Shown: one piece after another, positions 61,762-64,000 of the stretch
Position numbering within the stretch: position 1 is the first letter of the stretch
Layout: each line of letters starts with the position of its first letter
Origin: Thermodesulfobacteriota bacterium
GTDB taxonomy: Bacteria > Desulfobacterota > Desulfomonilia > Desulfomonilales > Desulfomonilaceae
DNA length: 64,000 nucleotides
Direction: 5' to 3'
NCBI GenBank assembly: GCA_040753915.1
Contig: JBFMDN010000012.1
Coordinates: 1 to 64,000, forward strand
Notes under the pieces: model-generated
Told to the model about the DNA's origin: nothing
The model's input: the letters and a program-made list of their open reading frames with translations, nothing else
The model's database searches: none
Translations under genes and position numbers: made by a program

Positions 61762-62712
61762 CTATCGTCTGGGCCCGCCGCCGGAAGTGCTTACCTCTGG
61801 AGCAACCGGTGCGCGGTCCACCGCAACGGACCAACCTGCCCGAGGATCCTGACCCTTCGGAATCTGCGTCGGCTTGGGCATTGCTATCGAAGATGTCGAC
61901 GGCTTGCGCGTCTCAGCAGGTTTGGATCCGTCTCGCTGCGCTGCTTGAGATCGTACACGCTGCGCCGGACGCCGCGCCGCTGCTGGTTGGGCCTGTGCCG
62001 CTTCCCCGGCTGGAGGATAATATTGAACCGTCGTACCTTCCGGAGTGATCGTTGTAACTCTTACCGCCCCGGGAGGCAAGCTGTCATCAAATACTCCCTC
62101 ACCCGAACCAGGCTGATCCGGAGAAGGTGACGAAGGATGTGTGGCCGTGGCAGGCCGAGCTTGGCGCGTTACGGCGGGGGCTGGCTGCTGGGGAGCCTGA
62201 GGCTGGGGTGCGGAATACTGGACTGGAGGCTGAACCGCTGCGGGTTGCTGTTGCCATTCGGACTGGAGCCCCTGCTGAGATCCACCTTGCCACGAGTAAC
62301 CTTGACCATACCCGTAAGACTGGGGCGGATATCCCTGCGGAGGATACTGATAATAACCCTGCTGCGGATATTGATGGCCTTGCTGGGGATACTGATAACC
62401 CTGCTGAGCTGGGGGATAGCCGTAACCCTGCTGAGGATAATCGTACCCTTGGGCTTGCGGGTATCCCTGCTGGGGATAGCCATAACCTTGAACGGCTTCC
62501 TGCTGGGGATAAGTGCCGTACGGGCCTTGCGGAGCTTGCCCCTGCCCGGCCATCCCACCATAGTACTGCGGGCTGTCAAACTGGTTCCCCGACTGGCTCC
62601 CCCAAAGACCGAGCCCTCCGGGCCCGAGTACCGAGTCGAGAAGCCCCTGTCCCAGGGCAGTCCCGGGAATTACGACCAGCACTGCCAATATCGCCACTGC
62701 TATCCGGGTCAT
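61762..62712 (-). CDS. Secreted Q/Y/G/P-rich tandem-repeat protein
   Basis: RBS AAGGAG. The signal peptide is 'MTRIAVAILAVLVVIPGTALG'. About 150 aa of 'YPQQGYG/YQYPQQG' repeats are followed by a P/A/Q/S-rich tail. Confidence 0.6.
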   Translation of the reverse strand: MTRIAVAILAVLVVIPGTALGQGLLDSVLGPGGLGLWGSQSGNQFDSPQYYGGMAGQGQAPQGPYGTYPQQEAVQGYGYPQQGYPQAQGYDYPQQGYGYPPAQQGYQYPQQGHQYPQQGYYQYPPQGYPPQSYGYGQGYSWQGGSQQGLQSEWQQQPAAVQPPVQYSAPQPQAPQQPAPAVTRQARPATATHPSSPSPDQPGSGEGVFDDSLPPGAVRVTTITPEGTTVQYYPPAGEAAQAQPAAARRPAQRVRSQAAQRDGSKPAETRKPSTSSIAMPKPTQIPKGQDPRAGWSVAVDRAPVAPEVSTSGGGPRR

Positions 62713-63027
62713 AGCAAAACTCCTTGCGGCTTTACGAGAAGATCAGCCGTGCATTTCGGCTGTTTCTTCTGACACATATCGTAAGTCATTCTACAGGACT
62801 TGTCCATCGACGTCAAGCTCATCTTTTAATTGCCCGCCCAACCGACTACACCACTTGCTATTAAACTGTCTCTTCGGCCTGGAGACCGCCACCGTAGGAT
62901 GGGTCGCGCGTAGCTCTCTCGATTTCCGTATGTCCGTTTTCGTACGGGTCACTCATTGAGCTACCGTCTCGACGCGGGATGGACTTCTCTCCATCATTCA
63001 TCTGGATCAAAGGGCGAGACGCCGTTC

Positions 63028-63222
63028 GAAACTGTCTCAAAACTCGGGACACACCAAACATCGTAGCACGATTGGGCGTCGATTCTGGGAAAGGCACCCT
63101 CACCCCAACCCTCTCCCAGAGGGAGAGGGAGCCGAAAGAATCACCTCTTCCCCGCTTCTGGGGAGAGGGTCAGGGTGAGGGGATGTGCCACGATTATCAC
63201 GGGCTGCCGGCTTTTGAGACAC
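63028..63222. repeat. About 195-bp structured repeat element, copy 2 (direct orientation relative to copy 1)
   Basis: It aligns base-for-base with 57554-57748 at about 90% identity, with the same TIRs and hairpin arms. Confidence 0.8.
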
Positions 63223-63636
63223 TTTCGTTCTACCCCTCAAATCAACGGGCGAGACGCCCGCTCTGTAGTGTTGCGCCTCCTACCGGGCTGCAGTCCGGCC
63301 GTGCTAGTCCCTCGCACATGGGAACCGGACAGAAGTCTCGGCAGAGCTCTCCCGCCCTCCAACATACGCTGTGCCAGCTTCCCGTGCCCGGAAGGCACAA
63401 GGGAATTTGGCTTTAATGGTATAAGACACTTGAAACGAGGGGTAGTTTGTCATGAAAATCTTCGCGCCGCATCTTCGCTTTACTCACCGTGCGGCAGACG
63501 TGAGGCAAGATAGGAGAAACCGTGTTGGAATTCTGCTCGGATTAGGAGGGGCCTGTACGGGTGCTTCGAGAAGCGTCCTGATTTCAGGCTGTAACTGGAT
63601 TTTGAGACGATTCGGGGAACTGCGATTGTCTGCTGC

Positions 63637-64000
63637 TTACCAGTTCAGTAGTTCTCTGGTTTCCTCGTACACACGCTCCGGAACGATTTCCTCCATGCAG
63701 CGGCGGGCATCGCAGGATCGTTTCCTGCAGGCCAGACACGTGAGGCCCTCCGATCTGACTACTCGGTGACCGTTCCCGTACGGTCCCACTTTGGCAGGGT
63801 CTGTGGGCCCAAACAAGGCAACCACGGGGATTCGGGAGAATGCTGCAATATGCATGGGGCCTGAGTCCACTCCCACGTACGCCGCGCAGATTTCCATGAG
63901 TGCTACAGCATCAGCCAGGTCGATCTTACCGGCTGCTACGACCGGCCTGGCCTTCATGCGATGGGTGATCGAACGAATGTAAGGCACATCTGCTGAGCTA
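63637..64000 (-). CDS. GT9 glycosyltransferase (LPS heptosyltransferase-like), C-terminal part; the gene continues past the window end
   Basis: 'VGVDSGPMHIAAF...PVVALFGPTDP' is the GT9 C-terminal motif. Confidence 0.65.
   Translation of the reverse strand, partial: SSADVPYIRSITHRMKARPVVAAGKIDLADAVALMEICAAYVGVDSGPMHIAAFSRIPVVALFGPTDPAKVGPYGNGHRVVRSEGLTCLACRKRSCDARRCMEEIVPERVYEETRELLNW

Noticed and set aside
63452-63769. 105-aa plus-strand ORF with a GAGGGG RBS
   Set aside because: It overlaps the 3' end of the GT9 gene by about 130 bp and its sequence is low-complexity. It is probably spurious.
1-64000. tRNA or rRNA genes
   Set aside because: A visual scan of the intergenic regions found no cloverleaf or T-arm (GGTTCGAATCC-like) signatures. 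This was not a formal tRNAscan-type search.

Overview
This 64-kb window is high-GC and Deltaproteobacteria-like (inference from gene content and codon style only). It is mostly core and energy metabolism. I found no rRNA, tRNA or CRISPR.

The left edge, about 1 to 2300, is an accessory or mobile remnant zone. It holds two decayed copies of an IS200/RayT-like Y1 transposase fused to a DnaA-C-type HTH. A small two-gene (TA-like) pair sits between them, and a 3x17-bp tandem repeat abuts the 3' end of thrS.

The core genes are:
- an archaeal-type ThrRS
- an acyl-CoA dehydrogenase plus acyl-CoA ligase, with a convergent TetR
- an SPFH/zinc-ribbon protein
- a DD-carboxypeptidase
- a NarI/HdrE-like plus HdrD-like membrane redox pair with a CheY-type regulator
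- Usp
- two PAS histidine kinases
- truB, an HDAC-family enzyme, coaX, an amidohydrolase, fhs, purQ, acs and a partial GT9 heptosyltransferase

The centrepiece is a 14-gene nuo (complex I) operon on the minus strand. Its NADH-dehydrogenase module (nuoE, HndB-like ferredoxin, long HndC-like nuoF, nuoG) is of the Hnd/bifurcating-hydrogenase type. It lies between nuoD and nuoH together with a DRTGG protein, a PHP phosphoesterase and a stand-alone GHKL ATPase. A second DRTGG plus CBS-GHKL pair sits just upstream of nuoA.

The other unusual items are:
- A 901-aa membrane protein joins a cNMP-binding domain, a sigma54-activator core with degenerate Walker B/GAFTGA, and a NapH/NosR-type polyferredoxin membrane domain.
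- A second GAF-sigma54-like regulator has the same degenerate motifs.
- An orphan DNA methyltransferase has a zinc-ribbon insert.
- Two families of structured, MITE-like repeats occur in intergenic regions.
- A secreted Q/Y/G/P-rich tandem-repeat protein is present.
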